Under the pieces are notes generated by a model. It saw only the letters and a list, made by a program, of their open reading frames with translations, was not told the origin of the DNA and ran no database searches. Below are positions 46,401-58,888 of a stretch of DNA of 64,000 nt, piece by piece (positions within the stretch are counted from its first letter, which is position 1; every line of letters begins with the position of its first letter). The DNA comes from Paraspadella gotoi (Eukaryota; Animalia; Chaetognatha). The stretch spans positions 25,807,293-25,871,292 of the forward strand of contig CM119267.1 of NCBI GenBank assembly GCA_051294375.1, given 5' to 3'. The translations under genes were made by a program, and so were the position numbers.

Positions 46401-49400
46401 GATTAGAGATTAGAGACAGAGTTTGAAATAATTGGCAACAACAATTTATTTTAAAGATGAAAAAGTAGATGTTTCGGCTTTTTTACAAGCCTTCTTCAGC
46501 ATCAATTTAGTTTGTGAAATTATTAGACAGATTTTGTGTAAAAGATGGGGAGAGAGAGAAACAGAGATTTGGATAGAAAAAAGATTGGGGTTGATAATAA
46601 AAAAGGAAAAAAAACATTGAAATAATGGAGAAGAGAGAGAGAGGGAGGAAAATATGGTGAAAAAGGGAGAGGAGAATAATCAAAGATTTCCTAACAAATA
46701 ATAACAAAAATCGTATTTGAAAATTAACCGAATTTAACCGTTAAAATAAATATATTAACGGTTAAGTTAAAAGTATAATTAACCGTTAATAACCGTTAAC
46801 TTTTAACGGTTATCGGAACTCTACCTATGCATTGATAAATATTTAAATGCTTCAATGTTGTACTGTGCTTCACTAGTTAAAAAGTGATAGTAAATAGTAA
46901 ATACTTATTAAGTATATGATGGACAAAAGAATTTTATATTACAGAACTCTTGATGATAAAAAGTGATCAGTTTTGGCCCGCCTTAATAAGCATGTATGGC
47001 AACAGCCGGGTTGCCTGTGATGCCCATTGGGATGGGGCATCTCACTGTTGGCTTTGGGGGCTTCCGACCCTCAGTGACGCCTCCAGTCACTGGCGCGGTT
47101 ACCCTAGGACGGTCTCGCTTTGCCAACGCAGAGGGAAGTCGTTAGGACTGTGGATGGAACACTATGCTTGGGATGGTGTGTTCCCCTCTGAGCCAATGGA
47201 TTTTGGCTGAAGGATAGTGGACGTGAGGCGGTGTGAATATACCGCCACAGGATCCCCGGGCCAAGACATCACTCAGGTTCCTCAAGCCTGAGAGGTGTCT
47301 GACAAGACTGTTACCACAGTGGGAGAGAGAGAGCGCGAGTTGTGGGGGCATAGGCGTTTGTCGTAGCGTACCCCAGGGGCATAGGCGTTTGTCGTAGCGT
47401 ACCCGAAGTCGGCAGGGAATAGGTGTTTGTCGTAGCGTACCCTGAGAAGGTTGCGTGTTCGATAGTAGGGCTCACCACTTATGGCAACAGCCGGGTTGCC
47501 TGTGATGCCCATTGGGATGGGGCATCTCACTGTTGGCTTTGGGGGCTTCCGACCCTCAGTGACGCCTCCAGTCACTGGCGCGGTTACCCTAGGACGGTCT
47601 CGCTTTGCCAACGCAGAGGGAAGTCGTTAGGACTGTGGATGGAACACTACGCTTGGGATGGTGTGTTCCCCCTCTGAGCCAATGGATTTTGGCTGAAGGA
47701 TAGTGGACGTGAGGCGGTGTGAATATACCGCCACACATGACAACTTTAGTCGTGACCCGATGGCTCATTGAGTAATACAGTCAGCTCATGACCATCAGGT
47801 ACGATCGATTCCCAATGTTACCTCCCCTGCGGGAAGCGTGAGGATGGCCGTAAACCGCCTTGGTGGCGTGAAAAACCCTCAAGCCTGGTTCCAAGCCCAG
47901 GACCCGTTAAAGAAGTTGCGAGGATAGCACTCTTCAGTCAGCGACTTATCGACAATATTAATAATATATAATATAATTAATAATATATATAATATAATAA
48001 TAATATATATATAATATTATATATAATATTATTATATTATATCAGACCGTCTGGACAAATCTATCCCCGCGGCTCTCGATCGATGGACAGTCTCCGTCCG
48101 CAGCGACAGGAAATTCGGAATTCGACGCCGAAAACAAATCGTCATGAATAATTACTTTTCCGTTGGATGCGACGCTCTTGGTGAGAGAGAGAAAGAGAGA
48201 GAGTGTGTTTTCCTAATGCTGCTTGTTCTAATGCTCTGATGCCGCTTTCGTTAAAGTGACTCTCAACTTCCATCGAAAGCGCGAGCGAATCCCGAAGGCC
48301 GTTTCCAGTCGCCTCCTCAACAAGTTGCTCTTCTTCATCTACGGGACGAAGGACACCTTCGAAAAAGAGTGTCGTCGACTCGACGCTAAGATTCAACTCG
48401 AACTCGACGGGCGGCTGGTCAGTTTTACTCTCTCAGCCTTAAGCTCAAACTTTTTAGTTTTAGTATTTTAACTCCGTAATAATATAACATTTCTTATTTG
48501 TTTGTTTGTTTGTTTGTTTATTTATTTTCCTTCTCTTTCATAAGATTTGACGCTAATCAGTGAAAGTCAAATGTAGTCAAGTTGAGCGTTGATTCCGAAT
48601 GCCTTTGATTCCCGCGTCCCTCGCAGATGTCGCTACCAGAATTGGAATCCGTCGTCGTCCTCAACGTAAACAGTTGGGGGGCGGGTGTTCCCGTTTGGTC
48701 GTTGGGCGGCGCGGACGAGAAGTGGCCCGAGGAAGTCTCTCGATTTGACGACGGAATCCTCGAGGTCTTTGGCGTCTACTCTTCCTTTCACATCGCTCAA
48801 CTTCAGGTCGGCAAGTTCGCGTTCTTCTTCCCATTTATATCGTTGACGTTTAGTCAAATAACGAGGGTAAATAATAAGTGGCAAAGTATTTGGTTGACAA
48901 CGGTTTTATTTAATGACGGAAAATGATTAGGGTGATGACATAGGTAACGATGACACGATGACAAAGGTTAAGACAAAGGTGATGACAATATTAAATGGTT
49001 CAATAATTATTTGAAGAAGAGTTCTTTCTTGAGTTTGGGTGTAGAGATGAATGCCTAGAGTTCTCTTAGCAATTTTGACCATCAATCCCTCCGTCGGTTC
49101 CTCTGTCGGTCATTGGTCAATCTAAGGTTGAAGTAAGGTCTGTGATTCGTCGGCATTCTGATGATTCATGAAGGAGACGAGCAATCACATCACTAGGCCA
49201 ACCAAGTCCGTTTATAGGTCCATTCCGTTGATGATATTATCATTTCTGTCAGTCCATCAATCATTGAGTCAATCAATCTCTTATATCGATTGCGACTATT
49301 TTATATGCACCAGGTTCACCTGACGGAACCCTATCGAATCGGTCGCGCGCGCCGCGTGCGACTCGTCACTCGAACGCCGCTTCCGGTTCAATGCGACGGG

Positions 49401-49556
49401 GAACCCTGGACCCAAGGACCCTGCGTCGTTGACATCTCCTTTTGCAACCAAGTGAAGATGTTGAGAAGTCCCGACCCCGTCGTCGTCGCGGAGCCGACAA
49501 GGAGCAGCGACGACGATGAAACCGACGACGATGACGAAGACGCCAGATTTTGCTGA
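35447..49556 (+). CDS. DGKE: Diacylglycerol kinase epsilon
   Basis: Phase-consistent exons 35447-35578, 35648-35729, 35806-36084, 38079-38182, 38245-38344, 38845-39300, 48046-48180, 48257-48417, 48627-48806, 49314-49556. N-terminal TM helix, two C1 domains, NRKSGG, CGGDGTIGWVL, LPLGTGNDLSRVLGWG, MNNYFSVGCDA, DDGILEV, QCDGEPW. Confidence 0.92.
36120..37150 (+). repeat. Composite repeat with an internal tandem duplication; related copies at about 52430-52930 and 60980-62480
   Basis: Recurring gagtctgcagctggctctgcagggg and atatacagcttctcatcatcgatgtgcttaaaattgagtc blocks. Confidence 0.75.
40914..40980 (+). ncRNA. HDV-like ribozyme fold at the LINE 5' end
   Basis: P2 cgtctc/gagacg, P3 acc/ggt, L3 tcctcgc, imperfect P1 ctcctgg/ccagcgag, P4 catcc/ggatg, J4/2 gcaaaa; starts exactly after the TSD. 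Confidence 0.7.
41783..42422. mobile_element. AT-rich insertion with TGTAGG...CCTACA termini inside the LINE
   Basis: 6-bp inverted termini; interrupts the LINE ORF between EN and RT; no TSD (adjacent deletion likely). Confidence 0.5.
41914..42168 (-). mobile_element. Solo LTR, TRIM family A (twister core mutated)
   Basis: Homology to the family A LTR; TSD ggtc (41910-41913 and 42169-42172). Confidence 0.85.
42640..42917. mobile_element. Solo-LTR-like insertion TGTGG...CCACA in the LINE RT
   Basis: TSD ggca (42636-42639 and 42918-42921); removing it restores NPSARLLDLRKAY. Confidence 0.75.
45030..45347 (+). mobile_element. LTR, family D
   Basis: Homologous to 11432-11747 (opposite strand); CCAAT, TATAAAT, AATAAA. 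Confidence 0.7.
47047..47127 (-). ncRNA. Twister ribozyme-like fold, type P5 (3' LTR, family A)
   Basis: Same fold as 5558-5638 with all core nucleotides intact. Confidence 0.78.
47532..47612 (-). ncRNA. Twister ribozyme-like fold, type P5 (5' LTR, family A)
   Basis: Same fold as 5558-5638 with all core nucleotides intact. Confidence 0.78.
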
Positions 49557-50039
49557 CGAATCCTCGGACGAAATGTGCAACTTCTTTAAAACCTATCTTT
49601 TCATTAGTCTTGCGCGGGCTTTTTGGAAGTCACGCGGTCATGTTACCCAAAAAAACTTTTACATTAAGTACTCACAATTTCCTTGACCGAATCTCACAAA
49701 TTTTGATAATATTTTCGAGGTTCGCTCTCTCGATAGTTTCATTCCAGAACAACTCCCACCCAAGATTTAAATCCAGTTTAATTTTATGCCAAATGATCTG
49801 ACACAGTATTTTAGTGAATTAGACAACGATTATGACTTTTATATTCTCCGTATTTTTTGTTTCACATTTCTAAGCATCAAAGAACAAGTTTGAGCAAACA
49901 ATGTCGGATCTGCCTACGATAATTAATTAATTATTAATTAATGATTAATTAATTATTAATTAATTATTTTATTTTATGTCTGTCTCTCTCTCTCACTCTC
50001 TCTTTTTTTGCAATTGCGACGATTGCTTTTAAGATTTTT

Positions 50040-50257
50040 TTAACTTGCATCATTTTTTCAATTTGCATCATTTTTTTAAATTTGCATCATTTTTTAAAAT
50101 TTGCATCATTTTTTCAACTTGCATCATTCTTTCAACTTGCCCATCATTTTAACGCCCATTTTCTATTTGCATCATCATTTTTTCAACTTGCATCATTTTT
50201 TCAACTTGCATCATTTTTTCAACTTGCATAATTTTTTTAAATTGCATCATTTTTTCA
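50040..50257. repeat. Minisatellite, ~19-bp unit (ttgcatcattttttcaac)
   Basis: About 11 visible tandem units; shorter arrays at about 37310 and 52865. Confidence 0.85.
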
Positions 50258-50747
50258 CATTAATTAAATAATTAATTAATTAAAACATTTATTAGTAATC
50301 ATTAATAATAAAGATTCAAGTAACTGTGACTTATGTTTTTTTTCCATTTAAACTCATTTCCACTTGCACAATTCCGTCAAAACTTTATATCTGGCTTCTT
50401 CTCACACTTTCCTACCGGCTCACAAAATTTCATCTCAATCTATCATGGGTAAAATAAATAAAAAGATTTAAGTAAATGTGACTCATATTTTTTCATTTAA
50501 ACTCATTTCCACTCGTACGTTTCCACCGAAACTTTATATCAAGCTTCGTCACACATTTTCCTACCCACACACAAAATTTCATTCCAATTCAACCAGCCAA
50601 TTACGAGTTATTGGAGTTTTTGCTAAGGTGGGACGGATGGACGGATTAATTGACTGATTAATTAATTATTGATTAATTGACTAATTTATTAATTAACTGA
50701 TTAATTATTTGATTAATTAATACATCCTGCATATACATTTAATATAA

Positions 50748-52008
50748 AATAGACGAGAATCTCGCTAAAAAAAAATTCAACATTTTTCTAATAGAGAATT
50801 CCGTTCAAATCTGACTACCCAAATTGCAAACGCTTTGCCAGAAATTCGGTTAAAAACCACTTGTAAAAACGCACGATTCCGAGAGCGTTACAACTGAAGA
50901 GCTTGTCCTATTCGTTTTATGGCATTTGATAAAGGATTTAATATCAAACCAGCCAGGGGAAATGCACTACTCATCTCCGGAGAATTTTCAAACCTCATTT
51001 TTACTATAGAAATGAAAGGGAAAGTTTACAAACTTAAAATTGCAAACGGGATTGCTATATGTTCCTGTTACATGAGCGACTTCGAATTTCGCGATTCTGA
51101 TAGCTTTGTGTCTGAAGAGCTTGTCCTATTTTTCTTTTTTCATTTTATAATGATTTTGACATAAAATGATCAGTTTTAAATGAAATAGTCCGGTTTGAAT
51201 CGCGAAATTTATTTTAAAAAGAAATTAAAAGGAAGGTTGAGAAAAAAACTGATTTTTCCTAATATTTTTTGAAGGAATAAAGATAAAGGGATGGTAATAG
51301 TAACAAAATGAAGCCATAATCATAGGGCACATACAAGATACAATTTTAGAATTACTTATGCTGAAACCTCCTTACAGGGTGAGTGTCAAACTAAGTCAAA
51401 ATTATAATGAATTTTAAAACTAATGACACCCCATAAGAATAAATGAAAATTTAATTCTTTTTAATGATTCTGAAAGAAAAAAGGCTAAATTGTACTCTAG
51501 TAAAACTATAAAGTTTTTTGGATAAAGAAAATGTAAATTGTTTGTCACTTAAATAATTGCTTGTCTGATTTTACAAGCATGCTTACAAAATTCTACAAAA
51601 TATTATTCACCCCATCACAGTCTAAGTATTTATCTTTCTTTTCCACCAGCAAAAAGTAAACATTATCTTATTTTAGAGAACAGGGACGTTTACTGAAAGA
51701 AGCCAGAAGATTTTCAACTTCTTCACTTTAATGTCAGTTTTTAATAATAAAATAGGCAAATTTTAGGAAAAAAAAATTAACTAGCGGAATTATAAGTTTG
51801 TAAGAGGAAGTCAGAATCGCGAAAATCTTAAAAGGCGAGAATGTTGAAAAAAAGGGGTGGAATTTTGATGGGTTTCCTAAGATTTCTCCCACAATGTGAG
51901 GTCCGATTAAAGCGAAAGTTAAGATTTACAATATTCCCGTCATTCCACATCTATCGATATAAAAATATAAGAAAAAAGTCACTGGCTTCTTTTTCATAGC
52001 GGCTTCCT
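50748..52008 (+). repeat. Interspersed repeat duplicated at about 56247-57288
   Basis: Both copies start tagacgagaatct and end ttttt(c)tata..ggcttccta with collinear internal blocks. Confidence 0.8.
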
Positions 52009-52766
52009 ATATAAAAGGAAAAAGAAGCATAATCAATTTTTTGTTTTTTCCATTAAAATCATTTCCACTCAAACGATTCCATCGAAACTTGTTTTCCTGT
52101 TCAATCACACACTTTCCTACCCACATACAAAATTCTAGGTCAATTGCCCCATCCACTCATGAGCAATTAATTAGGCTATTAGTTAATTATTGATTTGAAA
52201 TGTTTTTTTTAGGTATTTTCGTCACTAACCATGACAAAAGCAATGACGACGATGAGAAATAATGCCGATAATGATTGACTTGATTGATTGATTGAATAAT
52301 CCAATAATAGATAAATGAATTGATTGATTAAATAATTAATTAATAGATAAATAAATTGATTGATTGAATAATTAATTGATTGATAAATTGACTGATTAAT
52401 TAATTATTGATTAATTAACTGATTTTTCTCTTTTAATTATATGTAGCTATCTCTCTCCCTTTTCCCCAGTTCTGATTCATCGGGGAAAAACGAGTCTGCA
52501 GAAGGCTCTGCAGGGGCTCTTTCTTTTTCTCTCTTTTCTCCTGCTGCTTCTGCTGCTGCCTTTTTTATTTCTTTCTTTTTTTCTGGCTGTCTCTGCTGCT
52601 GCCGCTGCTGATTCGTCCGAAAACGATCTCCCTCTTCTTCTCTCTCTGCGCTTTTGTAAAAAAAAAATTGAATTAGGATTGAACTCGTAAAATTATGCAT
52701 CACATTCGTGCATGTTATCATTTTGCTATTGCAACATCAAGTTTTAATTTCCTTTTTATTTCCCTC

Positions 52767-52803
<37 letters not shown>

Positions 52804-55800
52804 TCTCTTCTCTCTCGCAATTATGCAATTGCTGCGACGATCCTTATGCTTTTAAGATTTTTTTAACTTGCATCATTTTTTCAACTTGCATCATTTTTTT
52901 TAACTTGCATAACTTTTAAATTGCAACATTTTTCACACATTAATTAATTAATTAATTAAAACATTTATTAGTAATCATAAATCATAAAGATTCAAGTAAA
53001 TGTGACTTATGTTTTTCCATTTAAACTCATTTCCACTGGCACAATTCTGTCAAAACTTTATATCTAGCTGATTAATGAATTATTGATTAATTAATTGAAC
53101 TAATTGATTAATTAACTGATTAATTATTGATTTATTAATACATCCTGCCTATACATTTAATATAAAAGGAAAAAGAAGCATAATCAATTAGTGAAACAGG
53201 TTTTGTTTTTTTTTCCATTTAAACTCATTTCCACTCAAACGATTCCATCGAAACTTGATTTCCTGTTCATACTCACACACTTTCCTACCCACATATAAAA
53301 TTCCAGGCCAATCGCCCCATCCATTCATGAGCAATTGGTGTTCAAATAGTGAATTATATTTTTTTGTTTTTTCCATTTAAACCAATTTCCACTTGCACGA
53401 TTCCCTCGAAACTTCATATACATCTAACAATACACCACTTCCCTACCCAGCATCACACATACAAAATTTCAATCCATCCTCCATGCAATCACGAGTAATT
53501 GGTGTTTTTTGCTAAGGTGGGACGGACAGACAGACGGACGGACGGACATCAATTTTTTTGCATAATTTATCATAATTCGATGTTCTGACATGATATAAGT
53601 TAATATGTCGCTCCGCGCTTAAAAAAAAATCCGAAAGAACGAAGCGTTTCGGATAATTTTTGTTCCTAGCAATTTTGCACCAGTAGCGCAGTAAATATTA
53701 CAAACCATGGATGATTTCTGAAACTGCAGTGTTTGGGCTATCCAACGCCGCGAACAAAGAAAATCCATAAAGGTCTTGACTAAAAAATACTGAATATAAA
53801 CACGGCGCTTATTCTGAATTCTTTTTAATTTTTTTTTATTTTGTGGTATTTACTGTATAAGTCAAATAAATATAACAGCGGTCATGCACTGATTCCGATT
53901 CTGTTGGTTTAGCCTAACTTAAGCACATAACGAAAAAAAATAAATTGATGTCATAGTAAGAAATAATAGCAATTCATAAATTTTTTTCTCAAAATTTGTT
54001 GTCATTTTTGTTTCTTACTGTTTTTGCCAAACAGTCCATTTAAAATTATAAAAATAAAGATTAGCTAATGAAACTACAATGTCTTAGGTACATTTCGTTG
54101 CCGGAACAAAGAAAATTCATTGATATCATAGTATCAATATGGAGCCTTGAAATAACTCATTTTCTTTGCAATTTACCCCTTTATTGATAAAAGCCTTGTA
54201 TATATAATAAAAATAAAAAACAACAATTTTACATACAGCTACATGCATTAGCGTGTTATTAAAAGATTGTAGTGCTTTTTTTAATAAAAAATTGTTATAT
54301 TAATATAGCTAATGGGCATTATGCAAAGGTTTTAATTTGCACCTGAAGATGACAAAAATTATAAAATCTGATAATACAGTCTTTTAGCCCTTGTTCAGTA
54401 GTTTTTAAATCAGCCGGAACAAAGTTTGAACTCCTAAATTTTCATATTTAAATCATATGTTTTTTAAGGTTACAACATGAATTTTTAATTTTTTTTTTCA
54501 ACAAAATGATATTCATTATCCTTAGTAATTATATTAACATTTGAAGTATAGAAAATTTTTGCTTATATGAAAACATAATTCAGTCTTTTCTCTTTCAGAA
54601 TCCATATTTATTTATTTTTTTAAATACGGCCAAGTGTGTTAATTTAATTTCAAAAGTTGTTATACTTTTGACTAAGATTCCGATCCAGATTTTAAAAAAA
54701 TCTTTTGAAACATTTGAGAAAAATTATATGGAAAAGATGCCTCATAATTATGGCTTTAATATGATACCAGTCTCATCGTTCTAATCATTTTTGGTTCAAA
54801 AGTTATCAAAGAAAATCAATTTTTTTATTGCCAATTAAGTCACTGGCCGAAGCTTAAAAATTTAAGTGGAACCAAAAAGAAAATATAACGAACGCTGATT
54901 TGATTTAAAAATTGGGCGTGGAAAATGACATTTTTTTGTAGATTATTTTTCAACGCGTGGGTCGATTGATTGAAATGTTACATCAACAATATTGACATCA
55001 TTTCCTATCAGTAAATGTAAAAATATTTAAAATAAACATTATAAACGACCAGGTAACTTGCCTATCTATATAAGTTATGGCCGCACAATATTGAGGGGGC
55101 GGACTGAACGGCCGACCCAGAAAGTGAATTATAGACGTCGGGAATCTGCGGATAAGCAGATCCGACTAAAAAAGAACTTTTTTCCGAGAGATTTATCCTT
55201 TTTCGCACCGAACACTAAATAAAATTTTGTAATCACTTTTTCGTTTCTCTGATTCACTGTTTTTAGCCTAGTTTTTAAAAAATGTAAAACGATGAAAGTA
55301 AGAAAAGGGTAATATTAAACATTTCACCAATTGTAATTCTTGTTAACTTATTAACTCTTGTTAACTCTTGTTCTTGTTACCACATTTAGTTGTCTTGTCA
55401 TTCAGTTGTACGAGACATTGGCTGGACTTTTGAAGACAAGTAAAAGTGGTAACAAGAACGAAAGAGCAACAGGAAATAAAACTGTAAAGTAAAATGAGGC
55501 ACAAACCATAAATAAGGCACATAATAAAGTAAACGTAAAAGTAGTAAAACCAAATATAAATGTCTATGCAAAAGTCCATGAGTTCGTGAATCACAGATGA
55601 ACGGAGGCAGACGATCCTGAAGGAGAGAAGCCATAAACGTAACCGTTAAACAATAAGACAAAAAGATATGATGTAGTTATAAGAAGAATGTTTAAAAGTG
55701 AGCGAGATAAATATTTAATGTCATTGTGGAATACATGATGAATATTGAATAAGTTCTTCAAAAGTTTCTTCCCGATAATTTCACCCTCTAACAATTGTCG

Positions 55801-58613
55801 TTGAATGTATTTTTTATTTAGGTTAAATAGAATAAATAAATGTGCTCCTCATTTGTGCACCTATCTTTTTGTTATTTCTCGTTTTTATTCGGTTTTTTTT
55901 TTGCAGATCGTTATTTATTGGGCAAAAAAGAACTGTAATGATTTTGCTCTTTTCTGATTTTTGTCTTGGCTTTTGTTGGATCCACGCGACTCTTTACCCG
56001 AAACATGACTAAAGCGTGGAATCGGACTCTTCAGATTCAATTTCAACCTTGAAAATTGGATCGAATGAGAGACTTGGATCTGCAAGAGAATCATAGTTTC
56101 GTATTCGCGAAACGGAATCCGGAGCCTAAGTTTACTTGATGTGAAGCATTCCAAACACTTGTTTATTGTAGCTTCAATCATGGGAGGGAAACACATACCT
56201 GCCGATAAAGTAAGTATTAAAGCGAGTTTAACTTTAATTTAACTTAATAGACGAGAATCTTGCTTAAAAAAAAATTCAACAGTTTTTCTAATAGAGAATT
56301 CCGTTCAAATCTGACTACCCAAATTCAAAACGCGTTTGCCAGAAATTCGCGTTAAAAAACACTTGTAAAAACGCACGATTCCGAGACCGTTGCATCTGAA
56401 GAGCTTGTCCTATTCGTTTTATGGCATTTATAAAGGATTTTAATATCAAACAAGCCAGGGGAAATGCCCACTACTCATCTCCGGAAGAATTTTCAAACCT
56501 CATTTTTACTTATAGAAATGAAAGGGGAAGTTTACAAACTAAAAATTGCAAACCGGGATTGCTATATGTTCCTGTTACATGAGCGACTTCGAATTTTCGC
56601 GATTCTATAGCTTTGTGTCTGAAGAGCTTGTCCTATTTTTCTTTTTTCATTTTATAATGATTTTTTTTTTTTTTTGATAAAAAAATGTGAATTTTTTGTC
56701 ACTTAAATATTTGCTTGTCTGATTTTACAAGCATGCTTACAAAATTCTACAAAATATTATCTTCACCCATTCACAGCCTAAGTATTTATCTTTCTTTTCC
56801 CAGCAAAAAAGTAAACATTATTTTATGCTAGAGAACAGGGATGTTACTGAAATGAGCCGGAAGACATTCAACTTCTTCACTTTACTGTCATTTTTTAGAG
56901 CGAATTTTTTAATTATTTAACTCTCACAGGCTTCACAAGACATTATACTTTCATAAAATCCCAATGTTAATGTAATTTAATATATTTTTTACCCAGAAAT
57001 CATAAAATAACTACGAAGTGTGGATCCCTTCGCTCGTTAAGAAAAAAAATTAACTAGCGGAATTATAAGCTTTGTAAGAGGAAGTCAGAAGTCGGCGAAA
57101 AGTTCTTAAAAGGCGAGAATGTGTGAGAAAAAAGGGGTGAATTTGATGGGTTTCCTAAGATTTCTCCACAATGTGAGGTCCGATTATAGCGAAACTTGAG
57201 ATTTACAATATTCCGTCATTCCACATCTATCGATATAAAAATATAAGAAAAAAAGTCACTGGCTTCTTTTTCTATAACGGCTTCCTAAACTTAACTTAAT
57301 TCAACTTTAAGGAAAATTCTAAAAGTGAGGAACGAACAACATTATACTAATGAACATTTATGTATAAAAAAATTTTATAATAAATTTTACAATTTACGCA
57401 GTAGGCCATATTTATACTACTCCTAATCCAATAAATATTAAAATTTCAAAATAGTTTTTTGTAAGATTTTTTTTGCAGATTTGGATTCGTCATGAAAAGT
57501 TGATATAAAGAAATATAACTCTTTTTTAAAAAATCTTTCATTAAGTTGATCAAATATATAAAAATGTTATATTTTATGCTGAAAATTAAAATTTTATATA
57601 CTAAATATAGTTTTTTTAATTTTTGAACCCACTTAATGAAATAATTTTTAGAAATGATATATATTTACTTTAATTAACTTTTGACGAGGAATTCAAATCT
57701 TTAATTGAAATTAAGAAAAGCTTATTTTGAAATTTTTCAATTTTATAAGGATAGTACTATATATATTATATAATATATATTATATAAATATAGTCTGCTG
57801 CGAAAATTGAAGAACATAAAATTATTTTTTTTTACAAATTAATATTTACTGATGGTATGTTGTTTATAATTGACATTTAGAATTTTCGTATGTAACTTTC
57901 ACTAAGCTCTAGTAAGTATAAAACAAAAAAATCAACAAATAATGACTTAACTTGTTGGATGCTTTTTATTTATTTATTTATTTTTTATTTATTTTTTTTT
58001 ATCGTCGCAATCGCTTATATACAGCTTCTCATCATCGATGTGCTTAAAATTGTGTCAGGACACTGTAGGCCTCCCAAAAATATCCCACTTTGCGAAAGGT
58101 TGTTTGGGGTTTCATTGCAAAGTTACTCATTCCACATTTTTATATTGAGAAAATGAAAAACGATATTCAAATGAATTTCCCGGTCAGGTTTAGAGAATTT
58201 ATGGACATTTCCACACCACTGAGTTTTTATTTTTTTTTTTCTTGTTTTTTTTTTTATTTATGCTCTCGCTCTTTTTTTTATGTGGCGTACCACTTCGCGG
58301 TTAAAAAATAACTTGTTTTTAGGAATAAAACGATTTTTAAACTTAAATTATTTATTTTATGGTTAATTATACAAAGCTGAATGATTATTTTACTTTTTAT
58401 GAATTATAATTTTAATGTAAATTTTAAAATATTAAATATTTTTATCAATATTACTACTCGAAATAAAAAAGACAGGAAATAATCATATTTTTGAAAGATT
58501 TTTCAAATACTATTCTTTTAAATTAACAATTATTTTACTATTATATTTTTATAATATGTGTTTAATATTTTTTTATTAGTTAACTGATCCATAAATGACA
58601 TTAATAGAACAAT

Positions 58614-58888
58614 TGTGAATAAGGCGATAAGTGGCTGAAGACTGCATTCAGTAACTTCTATGCCCCCTCAGCAGCCACAGTCCTGGGCTTGGAACCAGGC
58701 TTGAGGGTTTTCACGCCTCCATAGTGGTCTACGGTCGTCCTCTTGCTTCCCACAGGGTCGTTACCAAGTTGAGATTTAACCGCGGTACCTAGTGGTCATG
58801 AGCTGATGGCTTTACTCAATAGACAACCGGGTCACGACTGAAGGTGTTATGATTATTGGCAGGGTGGATTTAGGCCATGCCGACTACA
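58614..58888 (-). mobile_element. Solo LTR, TRIM family B (diverged)
   Basis: Reverse complement of the family B LTR; TGT..ACA termini; TSD caat. Confidence 0.8.

Larger units (their letters stand above)
46995..47735 (-). mobile_element. Complete TRIM family A (LTRs 47735-47480 and 47249-46995)
   Basis: Almost identical LTRs; TSD catg (46991-46994 and 47736-47739); PBS tggtgagccc at 47477-47468; ~230-bp non-coding core with three tttgtcgtagcgtaccc repeats. Confidence 0.9.
46965..47954 (+). mobile_element. Solo LTR, TRIM family B, interrupted by the family A TRIM
   Basis: cccgccttaataagcatg|acaactttagtcgtgaccc rejoins to the family B LTR sequence; ends ttatcgaca. Confidence 0.75.

Noticed and set aside
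47150-47195. Second twister core in the family A LTR (GAGGG...TCCCAAGC on the minus strand)
   Set aside because: No UAA-P2-GC segment in the required position; the region folds as a simple hairpin.
56247-57288. Many 1-bp indels relative to the 50.7-52.0 kb copy as a mutational signature
   Set aside because: Most lie in homopolymers and may be consensus errors; this cannot be judged without reads.
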